A stretch of DNA of 64,000 nucleotides. It comes from Felis catus. Lineage: Eukaryota. Below are positions 51,925 to 64,000 of this stretch, in pieces; position 1 is the stretch's first letter; every line of letters begins with the position of its first letter. Where the stretch lies: contig NC_058368.1 in the NCBI RefSeq assembly GCF_018350175.1, forward strand, positions 65,164,001 through 65,228,000, given 5' to 3'. The notes under the pieces are model-generated. The model was not told the origin of the DNA. It was given only the letters and a program-made list of their open reading frames with translations, and did no database searches. A program made the position numbers and the translations under genes.

Positions 51925-51959
51925 AAATAAAAAGAAAAAAAAGATTTAAATAAATAAAA
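51753..51959 (+). mobile_element. Can-SINE with long (CT)n
   Basis: Head gggcacctgggtggctcagtc; TSD taaaata(g/t)caaagtg (51738-51752 / 51960-51974). Confidence 0.93.
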
Positions 51960-53206
51960 TAAAATATCAAAGTGAAAAGCTATCAGTGGGCATCTATAAA
52001 TTACAGTAAATAAAAGACAAATTTGTTAAAAAATGAATATCAAATCAGACTATTAAGACAGAAGATAACTCTGCAGATGAAAAAAACTGAAGTTTTTTTC
52101 AGCAAAAGAATTTTAAGAATTTCTGAGCAAAGTTAGCCATGCTCCACTGAGGATTTTTAAGCATTATTGAGAATTTCATGTAAATGCAAAAACATATACA
52201 TATAAGAGTACATCGATATGTATGTTCCGGTCCATCGCTAATCCCACTTTTTAGACCAACATGTTAAAAGAAAGAGCTCACAGATGCTTTCAAATTTGCA
52301 ATGATTGCAAGAAAAGTCTCAGAAGTGGATTGGGCATTGGCATAAACTTAGCTAGTTGGCATCAGCATTAGTAACAGGTGGCAGAGTAGGCAGTGAAATT
52401 GTAAAGGCAGAACTGTTTGCATTTCCTGTGATATCATCTCAATCTTTTTTTAGTAAGCATAATTCTAGTAATTAGGAGCAAGGTTTTTTTTATTCAATGG
52501 AGGCCCAAAACACAGACATATTTATTCATTATTGTTAACATTTAAGTTTGTATGGAAGGTTCTAACCTATCACATTAGATATAATAATGGTGAATTTATA
52601 TATCCTATGACAGTATACAATTCTCATATGTGCACCATTTTATTTTTCCCCACTACAAGGTATGAATCTGATATATTTGAAGACTAAAACACAAGATTAT
52701 ATCAATGACTTTCATAAACTAATTGCCCCATTGTTTGCCCTTGGCAAAGTGGTTCACCATTTTCACAATGTCCCATCTACCGAAAAGTTATTAACCAAAG
52801 AATATCTGGTGCAAAGATTTAGAATATATGTTCTACATGGGGTAAAGTTTTTAGATTTTCTTTGGACAATAATATTTACACTTAGATTATGACTTACAAT
52901 GTGTTTTATATTTATTGTTTATAGTTTACTTTTGCATTAAAATCAGAAACAAGTAAAAGTTCTTTAGTATTACATTAGTAAGATTATAAATGCTTATTAT
53001 TCATAAAAATGTATTTTTTTTTCATTTAAGTCTCATAGGAAAGAAAAATAATTAAGCATTGTGGTCATGAAACAGTAAGAGTTTTAGGTATGAAATATAT
53101 GCAAACATATCACATAAAGTCTGACTTATAATTCACTTAACCTCTAAGCTTTACCTGAATAAAGGAGAGAATAGTGTCTGTTTCATAAGACTACTGAAAA
53201 TTAAAT

Positions 53207-53509
53207 GCTTCCCTCTGAGGGCAGCTATGGAAGGATCTGTTCCAGGACTCTCCTTGGCTGGTACATGGCCATCTTCTCCTTGTAACTGTCCACCTTCTTA
53301 CCTCCATGCATATCTCTGTGTCCAAATTTCCCCCTTTTATAAGGACACTGGTCATATCGGATTAGGTTTCCCCCTAATGACCTCATTTTAACTTGATTGC
53401 CTCTGTAAAGACGTTGTCTTCAAATAAGATCACATTCTGAGGTGCTAGGGAATAGGACTTAACATACAAATTTTAGGGAGGGGCACAATGACACAATTCA
53501 ACCATAACA
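53207..53509 (-). mobile_element. MaLR LTR (MLT1B-like), partial
   Basis: ttttataaggacactggtcatatcggattagg...aatgacctcattttaacttgatt...acacaattcaaccataaca. Confidence 0.85.
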
Positions 53510-55525
53510 GGCACCAACTAAAACTGATTCAACACTGTTCAAAAAACCCAAGAACCAGAAAATTGATACAAGGCACAATTTATATCTGGCTTCATTCAGC
53601 AGGATAACTTGGGTGCTCAGTTAAAGTTGTGTCCACATCAATTAAAACAAATGGATGCCCTACTATACAGTTAACCTGTCTATTGGAGTCACATTAAGTT
53701 TTGCCATAACCTATGCTTCCCTTTCTCTAACATTTAATTTTGCACCTTCATTATACTATAGTCTATTCTTCCTGTCTCCATCTCTTTATAAATCATGTTT
53801 AATAAGATTCTGAATTTTCCATTTGGGAGAATAAAATAAACTTAAAATGAAATACTAGTATTTATGCCTTTCATGAAGACTTTGGCTCATATCCATGTTA
53901 TTGGTCTTAGTGACATCCAGTGGCCATGACAGGTCAGTGGCAGGATTTCAGGTCTTTCCAGAAGTACCCTTACTATACACTTCTTCTGGAGAACATAAGA
54001 AAAACATACCCTTAGGCCACTGATGATTTTAACATAAGGGTGATAAAATACCCCTGGTTATGTGTCATTCATAAACTGAACTACCTTATATATCAGAAAA
54101 ACAAAGATTATTACATTTAGTGTTATTTCACTTCACCTCATTAATGAGTTAGTATCTCTTGTTGCTTAAAAATGTTTAATCTACAAAGTGTATTTTAAAG
54201 AGATTCTAAAAAGATATGGCTTGTAGTATTGAGTAGTATTTTGTTTTCATGCACTTTTAGGTTAGAGTACTTTTATTTAAATAAAATTATCAAATATACT
54301 ATTAAAGGTTTGTGCTATTCTGAACAATCAAAATGTTTCTTTCTAGGTACTTATGAACTATTAATTTAAAATATTACATATTTCATTAGACTATAATGAA
54401 GAAAGTCTGTGCTGAGACATGATTATTAGGGTCTAACTATGCCCCTGGTGTCAAAGTCAGACTGAAGAATCAGACTGCAGTTCTATTTAAAAAAATAGAG
54501 TCCACAAAATCTATGGTACAAATTTTTGTGCCTTGAGGCAAGTTAGTTAGTTCTCCAGGCTGAATTTCTGATAATAACAATGCTGATCTGTATTACAATG
54601 TCAAGCTAAGAACTAACTACAAATAGTGATTATCTAGTAGTTTAAAAAGTCAATCATGCAAATTCGCACAAGCATAAAACCTCAGGGGAATAGGAAGTAA
54701 GCCTTTCTGTCTTTCAAATAATATCAAGGTAATCCATTGGAGGCCCCTTTTGTTATGCAGCACAAGGCTTGGAGGAGTGGCCTGACAGAACCATGGAGTA
54801 CTCACTAACCACACAGTTTCAGTGAATAGAATTCAGGAATGTGGTATTTATAATTTCACTGGGAAACTGATACACATGTATGAAATCTCTCAAAAGGATT
54901 CAGTTAAGTATATTATTAAACGTCTGGCTCCTGAGAGAGGTATAGAAGCTAAGCAGAAGAACAAAGGCAGGAGAACACAGTAATAAGCAGAGGCTTCAGG
55001 AAAAAGGAGTATCCATCTCAAAGGAAGAACAGACATTTGATTAGTGAGAAAAGTATGGAGAAAGGGAGAAATAGGCAGTTTAATTGGGGGCAGGGGTGCA
55101 CATAAAACACGGAAGTGGAACACCAATGTATGATTTGGTGAGGGTATAAGCCTGACCACCGGTGCAGCTCTTTGTGGGGAGGTTAGAGGAGGACACTTGG
55201 CAAACAAGTGGGGGTGACCAGTTGATATGTGCTTTCACCATGGCTGCTGGACTGGATCACCAAGAGAAACAAGGAGTCATTCTAGACTTTCAGAATGTAA
55301 GAGCATGGTATGAGCAGCATGCCCTGAGATTTCAATGTTTCTGAAACAAAGATGCATTATGTTTCTTGCTACGAGACCATTTGAGAAGTTCATGAAAGCT
55401 TAGACAATAATGTTGGAAAGGAGAAGAAATTTTACAGATTCCAAAGCACTGAGTCTGGTGATTGGCAACATGGGGAAGGTACAGGTCAGCAATGAGTCAA
55501 AAAGCCATCTAAAATATTGATGCTG

Positions 55526-55755
55526 GGGGCACCTGGGTGGCTCAGTTGGTTAAGCATCCGACTTCAACTCAGGTCATGATCTCACACTCCGTGAATTCGA
55601 TCCCTGTGTTGGGCTCTCTGCTGACAGCTCAGAGCCTAGAATCTGCTTTGGATTCTGTGTCTCCTTCTCTCTCTGCTCCTTCACGCTCATTCATTCTCTC
55701 TGTCTCTGTCTCTGTCTCTCTCTTTCAAAAATAAACATTAAAAAACTTTTAAAAA
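55526..55755 (+). mobile_element. Felid Can-SINE
   Basis: TSD taaaatattgat(g/a)ctg (55510-55525 / 55756-55771). Confidence 0.95.
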
Positions 55756-57340
55756 TAAAATATTGATACTGAAAAATGATGCCTCTGAAAACAAAGGGGA
55801 GAGAGGATAAGAAAGTGTTTGTTTTTTTTTAAGAAACAAAGTGTTAATATACTCAAAAAAAATTCCTATGAGGAGCTAAACATGTTAGATATTAGGACCA
55901 AAGGTGAGAATTTCATGATAAAAATCCTGGACAAGATGGTTATATCCTCAAGAAAGTAACAGAAAGTGGAAGCCAAAGATTAAGCTTGGGCTGGGAAGGT
56001 GGTAGAGAGATGAAGGAAATGAAAAATGAAACAGTGAATGGCACAGAGAACTAGAAAAGGACAATAATACCTCAGAAGTGAAGAAAATAACATTCCTTAA
56101 AAGAATGAATGGTAAATCAATATAATTAGGATCAACACTGATAACATGTATTCAGCTCAGCTGGGACAAGAAGAGAAGGGACAGGTGGAGTTTGCCATTT
56201 CCAGCTTCAGAGAGAGGGGTTTCTTGAAGTACATGGGTCCCCATCCAGATTTCCAAATCTTGAGGAGGAAAGACGTTACTGAGGAAATTCATGAGTTGAA
56301 TTGAGTGAGACCATTCTTTCAAAGAACGTGACTGATAGCAGAAATGGAAAAATACTAGGAAGTCGAAGCAGGATGAAGTAAAAGTTTCACTCAATACAGC
56401 AAATTGAGACAGTCTTCAAAGAAAAAAGAAAGAAGTCCAAGTTTGGAAAAGGGGAAGGTTAGGAGAAAGCAGGAAAAGTTCAAGGAAAAGGCAGTAAAGA
56501 GAGGAGTCAACAAGTTCTTTCACAAGTATGAAGAGCAGAAGAGCCAAGAACATCAGACATCCCTTTGAAATGTCCCTTTGAGAGAATGTTTCTTTTGAGA
56601 GAATGATGTATCTTCCTCGGAGACTTGAGGCAAAATAAATACAGATCTCCATAAATCAAATGAAAGATGAGAGGCCTGATAGAATTGAGGGCTTTAAGGC
56701 ATAAAACAAGGCCTGAAATTTCTGTGGAAACTAGGGAACCAGTGAGGAATAAACAGAAGGACGCTGAGCCGGAGAAGCAGGCTAAATTGGAGTCAGGCCC
56801 TACCAAGGAGCCAGCTGCACTAAAGCCCCACAGCTTTCTCCAGCCGCATGCTGCCATCCATGTGCAGAAGGCTCACCGTGGGGCGATCCAAGGCTGGAGA
56901 TAGGGAGAGCCCACGAGGGAGTCCACAATGCTGGAGCAAGACGCACAGAGGCAGCTGACCACTTAACACAAAGTGGAAAGGAGTCAAGTTTGGTCTAATG
57001 AGGGAAGACTGATCCTAGCAAAAAAAAATGGCTGGGATGAGGAATGTCATAATTCCCAAAGCAGAAAGGAAGTTTCATCCATTGTGGAGGAAGGTGAGAC
57101 AAGAGGATGTGCAGGAGAGCTGAATTTTGATACTTCACAGTGATTGGGATGGTGTTTTTTGATAGAGTTCCATACCTGCCTGATACGGCAGGGAGGTGGC
57201 ATTAACCATGAGGTCAAGGATTCTGATAAGTTAAGAATTTGGATGTTGAAAAAGTCATTTTGGATAGAGAATGAAACACTGAAGAGGTAGGCCAAGGGCT
57301 GGAATCTAATAGTTTGGGTAAATGGAATAATTTTCTTAGA

Positions 57341-57489
57341 GAAGTGGTTCTCAAAGCCTGGGCTTCATTCAGATCAGCACCATTAGCATCACCTAAAAAT
57401 CTGATAGAAATGCAATTTCTTGGGCCCCACTCACCCACTGAATCTGAAACTCATGGGAGTTTCTCACACTTACATTTGAGAACCACTGT
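57341..57489. mobile_element. MER5A hAT MITE (internally deleted)
   Basis: agtggttctcaaa ... tttgagaaccactg inverted termini; agaaatgcaatttcttgggcccca. Confidence 0.85.
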
Positions 57490-57541
57490 CTTAGAGACCA
57501 GAACAAGGAAGATGAAAAGGGTCAATGACAAGGGAGTAAGT

Positions 57542-57770
57542 GGAGCGCCTAGGTGGCTCAGTTGGTTAAGCATCTGACTCTTGGTTAGGACTCAGGTCAC
57601 CATCTCCCGGTTCGTGAGTTCAAGCCCCCCAGAGGGCCCTGTGCTGACAGTGGGAACCCTGCTTGGTATTCTCTCTTTTCCTCTCTCTCTGCCCCTCCCC
57701 ATCTCGTGAGAGCACACATGTGCATTCTCTCTCACTCTCTCAAAATAAATAAATAAACTTTAAAAAAATA
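57542..57770 (+). mobile_element. Can-SINE
   Basis: ggagcgcctaggtggctcagttggttaagc head, CT region, A tail. Confidence 0.92.
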
Positions 57771-57892
57771 AAGCAAAACAGGGAAAGAATGGAACAGACA
57801 TATCTCGAAAGAAGACATGCAAATGGCCAAACGACACAATAAAAGATGCTTACATCAGGGAAATGCAAATCCAAACCACAATAAGACTCCAT
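57771..57892 (+). mobile_element. Short L1 ORF2 fragment
   Basis: gaacagacatatctcgaaagaagacatgcaaatggccaa...atcagggaaatgcaaatccaaaccacaat. Confidence 0.85.
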
Positions 57893-58733
57893 AGTGAAAT
57901 TGTAACTGTACCTTCCCTTTGATGATAATTTTATGACAAACAATTGGAGTGTTTACCAACTGTTCATAGAAAAGAATTCAAAATTTCAAGAAATGAATGC
58001 AAAGGTTAGAGATGCTGCATTTGAACAATATAGAAAATAACTAGTTTGAAGAAGAAGACTAAATTGTAGGAAAGTATAATTCATAACATTATAAATATGA
58101 GGTTGCTTTGTGATTTTCTTAAAGCAATATTTCAGCAAATATATTCTGAAGAATCATGACAAGTTAGACATGTTACAATTTCCTAGTAATTACTTTATGA
58201 AAAAATACCATTCGTTGTTAGATGATTTACATAAAAACAATTTACAGGGCCATTTGAATTTATTTAATTATTAAAATGCCAGACCAAATACGTTCTCTAG
58301 AGAAATCTTAGTAAAATTATAATTTCATTAGTAATTGGAAACAATGATGCTTATTACTTTCTCTACTGTACATTTAGCTGTATACCAGTGATGGCCAAGA
58401 TGAGCCCCAAGTAAACAACGATGACAGAAACTCAAGTGTCAGCACACAGTTAGGTCTAAGGAAATACATAAGCCTATACATTTGGGTCAAATGATTCTTA
58501 TGCAATTTAAACACACTTTTTAAACTGATACTTATCTCAAAAAATATTTCAAAATGTGCTTAATTATAATGACAACATCTTTCTATTATCTCAATGCAGT
58601 CTGCCTGTTATAAAAAGGAAATTCAGATAAACAATACCATGAAAATAGAAATGCCGGATTTCTAGCATCCATAGATTTGTACACACATTCTTTAAAGCAT
58701 ACCTTAGTGTAAAATTTTACATATATTTTGCTA

Positions 58734-58764
<31 letters not shown>

Positions 58765-58768
<4 letters not shown>

Positions 58769-59360
58769 TTTTCAGTTCCTTAATCTCACTCTCTACATTT
58801 CCTCATCTTACCTAACATACAGTCTATATTCTAATTCCCCCGATTGTCCTGGAAATACTTGGTAGAGCTGGCTTATCCAAACTAGGACACATAGTACATC
58901 TGTTTTTTTATAGTCCTAAAATCTCTTCTTTTTTAATCTAACATACATTCCCCTTCTGTTTTCATTTCCATTCATGACATTGACTTGTTGAGGAGACCTT
59001 ATTAAACTGAGGAACACTTCAGCTTCCAGACGTGCCACAGTGATTTAGTGTGTCCTTTCCTCTTGAACATAGGTCTAAATGGCTGGTGGATTCAGAGAAC
59101 ATCATGATGCAGTATATGCATCATTGCATCAGGTGCTATCAGGATGACCTACTGTTAATGATGCTAAGACTAACCACTAAGTCATGACTGTCTGATTCCT
59201 TAAAGTGCCACTACTTCTCCCCGCTGGGACTAGGAAGTTATCTCTGTGGTTTTACGTTGGCATCCTTCAACTACCCAGTTTCCCATCAAGCCTAACCGTC
59301 TTTACAATCCTTGGTAATCTCTGCCAGGGTGGTGTTTCATTGGAAGTTGCTAATAGCTGC
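58765..59360 (-). mobile_element. Old L1 (L1MC/L1ME-like) 3' fragment
   Basis: acagtctatattctaattcccccgattgtcc...ttcatgacattgacttgttgaggagacc. Confidence 0.5.
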
Positions 59361-60139
59361 TTTTCTAATCCTTCAAATTCGGAATGTAAAATTAAATGGA
59401 ATTATTATGGTTATCACTTACCGGGTGCTTATGGAGTGTCAGGTCCTGTGCAACAGGCTCACCGAATCATTGACACCTCAAACCAGTCCTAGAAGGTAGG
59501 TAATACTTCTACCCGTGTAACCATACAGAAATGGAGACTACTAGAATAAGACTATTAAAGAAGTTAAATAACGTGTTATTGCTAGCAGCTCATTAATTCT
59601 GGAGGCAAAATCCAAACCCAGTGTCTGTCTGACGCCAGAGTGTGATAGTTAACATTAAATAACATCACCACTCCGAGCTACAAATGTGTTTTGTTTTCAT
59701 AATTAATTATATTAAAATGACGTCATGAAATAGGATCCCAAATTTCCAGAAGACAGCCTTACTCCATCAAGTGGGGGTACTTTATGCCATCTTGCCTGAA
59801 TCCTTCTGCCCATTATTCTCATTCTTTGGCACTCAATTTCTAAAAATCTCTGCAGTCACATTTATTTATAGTATTGAACTATTTTGAAATCTTTAAATTA
59901 GGAGGGAGCGAAGAGAGAGGAAATATTAGAGACCTCATGAGAAAACTTCAGTCTTTGTTTCCCACGCGAGAACCAACGTGCACCTAGTTAGTGGTAAAGG
60001 CCACATTACTGCCATGACAGTGCAAGGGCCACTCCTATGATTTCCTGGGAAAGCTTCCCATTTGCCTCATTTATTTGACTTATTTGAATGTACGGTGTTA
60101 AAGGACTTTAACCCTTTGAGGTTTGGTGACATTGTTTTC

Positions 60140-62720
60140 AAGATTTTTTTTATAAAATATTGAATACGTACAAAGTAATATTCCTAATATATGGGTAAAG
60201 AATAGTGAATACTTTTTTTTAAACACCTGCTGTCCTATCTTTCAGCTTAAGAAATGTATAGAAATACTTGAAACCACCTGTATGAACCTCCCCAGATGAC
60301 CTCTTCCACTTCCCCCTGTACCAGATACCAACGTTTGACATTGTCAGACATTCTTTCTTTCAGTCTTGTGAATGATAAATGTTATTATACTGTAATGTTG
60401 TCAGATAGGTTACCCAGGATATAGTACATTTATCAGCCATTCCTATTTCCTCTTTTGTGAAATCCTCTCTTCAAATATTTTGTCCCCTTTAATGAAATAG
60501 GAAGTAGGAGGGGATTTTTTTTATTGACTCAGGCGGTTTGTGCTCAAGACAGAGACTTCTTTTTTAATATTTGTCACAAATACTCTGCCATTCCATGGCT
60601 TATTATTTCACTATCATTATGGTATATTCTGATAATCAGAGGCTCTTCATTTTAATGGTGACACATTTATTCATCATTTCCTTTGTGTTTTGTACTTCGG
60701 TCTTTAACAAATCTATTCCTACCCAAAAGGCAAGAAAAAATATTGCCTTTTGTTATCTTCTAAAATGTTATTATTGTATATTTCACATTTAACCTAACTG
60801 GAATTGTTTTGTTTTGTTTTAATTATCAAAAACTCAACCTTTTTCCTCCTGAATTTTCAATGGACCTTCTGACAGAGTGCAAGTTTCTGCATTTGCTCAT
60901 CTTCCTTTAAGAGCATTAATATCTTGCAGTAATCATGCATCAATTGCTGTATATGTACTATGCTCTGTTTACATATTAAAACATTTTAATAAATCTTTAT
61001 ATTAGATATAGTAAGTTCCACCAACTTACTTTTTTTTTCAGTTTGTTATTACAGAAAATAAATTTGGCATCAATGTGACCATTTTCACATACACACAGAT
61101 AACAACTGAAATTTTGTACGAAATTATTGAAATTTTATATACAATACAAATTGAATCAGTAGATCAATTTGGGGAGAATTAACATGTTTACAATATGTAG
61201 TCTTTGAATCCATGTACTTGAGAAGTATCCCTATTTATTTTTTCTTAAATATCTTTAAATAAATGTTATTGTTTTATGCATGAAATCTGTGCACATCTTT
61301 GGCTATATTTATTCTTAACTAGTGCACATTATATTATTATAATACTGCTACTGTAAATTATTTACCTCTTCAAATTGTTTTGTAATTATATTTTATAAAC
61401 GTGTAGTCATAAAATAGCTTTTTATACATTTATTTCTGAATCAAACATTACCAGAATCTCTTGTAAAATTCCAATAGTTCCTCCATGGTTTTTCTGTTTT
61501 CTATGAAGATAATTGTATCATCACCAAATGAATATTTTGTCTTTTTCCATGCTTATACTCTTGGGTTTTGTTTTCTTGTAATACTCTCCTACCTTGAATC
61601 TCAAGGGAAATATAAGAAATGTTTATAAAGACCATCTTAGACCATGCTTCTTGCTTTATGGAGAAATGCTTTCAATGTTTCATCATAAAATACGATATTT
61701 GTTGTAGAATCTTTGTATATATTTTATCATTTCCTAAAAATTTGTCTTATGACTGGATATTGAGCCTTATTGAATGCTTTAGTTGCTTCTAATGATATAT
61801 ATCCTATGGGTTTCATTTTAATGTGAATTACATTGATAAATTTTGCAATGGAAAACTATCCTTGCATTAGAAAATAAACACAACTGTATAAAATGTATTA
61901 TATTTTTACACATTGCTGTTTTTGGCTTATTTATATTTTGTTTGGAGTTTTTGGTACCTCTATTACTGAGTGATATTAATATGCATGTCTGATTTCTCAC
62001 ACTATATGTGCCTTGTTTTGTGATAAAATATATATTAGCCAATATATTTTCCTGAAATGTTATGTAAAAAAAATGGAAAATATTTGTTTTAAAGAAGTGT
62101 TACCTATACATAACTGGAATCTGATATTTTGTGAGAAGAATATCTTAACCACTAGATTTTGTTCACCTTTATATGATTTATATAGTGTATATTTCTTCCC
62201 AATTCAGTTTTGTTTCCATTTTTATTGAGGTTGTTCACTTCATTTGAATTTTCCAATATGTGACAAAATTTTTTCATAATAATATCTTTCAAACCCTGCA
62301 ACATCTGAGGTTGAACTCTTCTTTCTAATATCGCTTACCTGCACTTTCTATCAATGTTCTTAATTAATCTTTTGTAAAGTTTGCTGATTTTACTCATTTG
62401 TTCAATGAGCCCATTCCACTTTTTTATTTTTTTTATGTGACATGTCTATTTTTTCTCACTGTTTTTGAATTGCTTTTATTATATCTTTTCTTCTGCGTTC
62501 TTAGAAGCTTTCTTCTTTTCTGTCTTTCCTTAAATATTTTATTCATAGTTTGGGGCATTTCTGTCTTTTTTTTTTTCATAAAGCAATTAAGGTTATTATT
62601 TTCCCCGTAGAAGCTTAAATTATATCCTATAAATTTTTATATGAAGTATCTACAGCTTTTTTATTGTTGAATATGTTTTAGTTTCCATTTGATTTGTTTT
62701 TCAACCCATGCCATGAGTAA
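60140..62720 (-). mobile_element. Large, highly decayed old L1 fragment
   Basis: T-rich antisense L1 motifs: ttgaatcagtagatcaatttggggagaattaaca, aatgctttcaatgtttcatcat, aatgtgaattacattgata. Confidence 0.7.
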
Positions 62721-62790
62721 GGTAGAAGTTGGTAATACAATTGAAGCACGTGTGGAGTTTCTATATATACTTCAAAGATGATATCTACTG

Positions 62791-62997
62791 GGGGCCGTGG
62801 GTGGCTCAGTCAGTTAAGCGTCTGACTTCGGCTCAGGTCATGATCTCACTGTGAGTTTGAGCCCTGCATCGGGCTCTGTGCTGACAGCTCAGAGCCTGGA
62901 GCCTGTTTTGGATTCTGTGTCTCCCTCTCTCTCTCTCTGCCCCTCCGCTGCTCATGCTCTGTCTCTATCTCACAAAAATAAATAAAGATTTTTTTAA
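62791..62997 (+). mobile_element. Felid Can-SINE
   Basis: TSD aaagatgatatc(a)tactg with a 1-nt indel. Confidence 0.94.
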
Positions 62998-63019
62998 AAA
63001 GATGATATCATACTGGAAG

Positions 63020-63790
63020 AAACTTCTAAGCAAATGAAATGGCAAGTGAAAAGCCCTGAGTACAAAGTTACCTGGTGTATCGAAGGAACTGCAAAAAATT
63101 CAGGGTAGCTGGAGGAATGTCAACAAAATAGTAGAAAATGTAGTTAGATGGTAACAGAGGACCAGATCCTGTCAGGCCTTGAAAATCATATTAATGTGTC
63201 AGCATTTACTGAGTGAGGTAAGGAGTGGTGGATTCCTAAGAAAATGTACATTTCAGCGAGATCACTGCAGTGTTAGCAGTAGGCAGGAGTTGGGTAAGGG
63301 CAGAAGCTGAGAACCAATCAGAAGTGTATTACAATAATCTAGATAAAAGATGTTGGAGGCTTTGACCACATGTGGTGGTATAGATGGTGTAAAGGTCAAA
63401 GTCTGAATATATTTTGAAGGCAGAACAGGTAAGATTTTCTGTAATATTGGATGTGAGTGTGATAGAAAAGAGTCAAAATTGACAACAAGGGTTTTAGCTC
63501 AAGAAACTGGAATAAAATTGTAATCAGCTTAAATGGAGAAGACTATGGTGGGAACAGCTAAGCCTTCTGACATAAGAACTTTGAAATGCTTTAGATATTA
63601 AGTGGAAATGTGAGGAAGACAGCTGGCCTATGCATTTCTGGAATCCATGGCTTGGGAATCACCAACATTAAGAGAATATGTAAAGCTATGTGATTGGAGT
63701 AAGATCACTTAGCTGGTAAGTGCAAATAGAAAAGAGAAGATGTCTAACAACTATACACTGGGACACTCCAGTATTTAAATGTAGAGGAGA
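63020..63790 (-). mobile_element. L2 fragment
   Basis: gaatatattttgaaggcagaacagg...ttggatgtgagtgtga...gacaacaagggttttagc. Confidence 0.65.
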
Positions 63791-63791
63791 C

Positions 63792-63990
63792 AGGGCACCT
63801 GGGTAGCTCAGTCGGTTAAGCGTCTGACTCTTGGTTTCGGCTCAGGTCATGATCTCATGGTTTGTGAGTTTGAGCCCCGCATCAGACTCTGTGCTGACAG
63901 TGTGGAGCCTGCTTGACAGTCTCTCTCTCCCTCTCCCTGTGCCCCTCCCCTGTTCACTCTCTCTCTCTCAAAAATGAATAAACTTTAAAG
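63792..63990 (+). mobile_element. Can-SINE
   Basis: agggcacctgggtagctcagtcggttaagcg head, CT region, A tail. Confidence 0.93.
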
Positions 63991-64000
63991 ATAGAGAAAT

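Noticed and set aside
56507..56903. Overlapping ORFs on both strands in a GC-richer patch
   Set aside because: No recognisable homology; probably decayed repeat or chance
1..64000. CRISPR array, operon or other prokaryotic-type system
   Set aside because: The sequence is mammalian; the repeats are dispersed retroelements and microsatellites, with no repeat-spacer structure or long ORFs

Overview
AT-rich mammalian genomic DNA, almost certainly from a felid: it carries many tRNA-derived carnivore SINEs of the SINEC_Fc type and a Felis-type L1 3' end. The window looks intronic or intergenic. I can support no protein-coding gene, RNA gene or CRISPR array, and the supplied ORFs are short and either repeat-derived or unrecognisable. 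It contains about 20 Can-SINEs (many with visible target-site duplications, TSDs), several L1 fragments of different ages, L2/MIR remnants and MaLR/ERVL LTRs. It also has three ERV1-class solo LTRs with 4-bp TSDs, two of them back-to-back, and DNA-transposon fossils (a Tigger1 derivative, MER5/MER20/MER58, and a ~1.9 kb Charlie-type hAT element with a readable transposase C-terminal remnant). A few repeat-free, CpG-retaining segments (~15.6-15.9 kb, ~29.3-30.9 kb, ~45.2-46.2 kb) carry splice-site-like signals and may be exons or enhancers of a gene I cannot name. I found no convincing novel biological system; the findings are modest, testable leads. Repeat subfamily names come from my recognition of consensus motifs, not from a database search.
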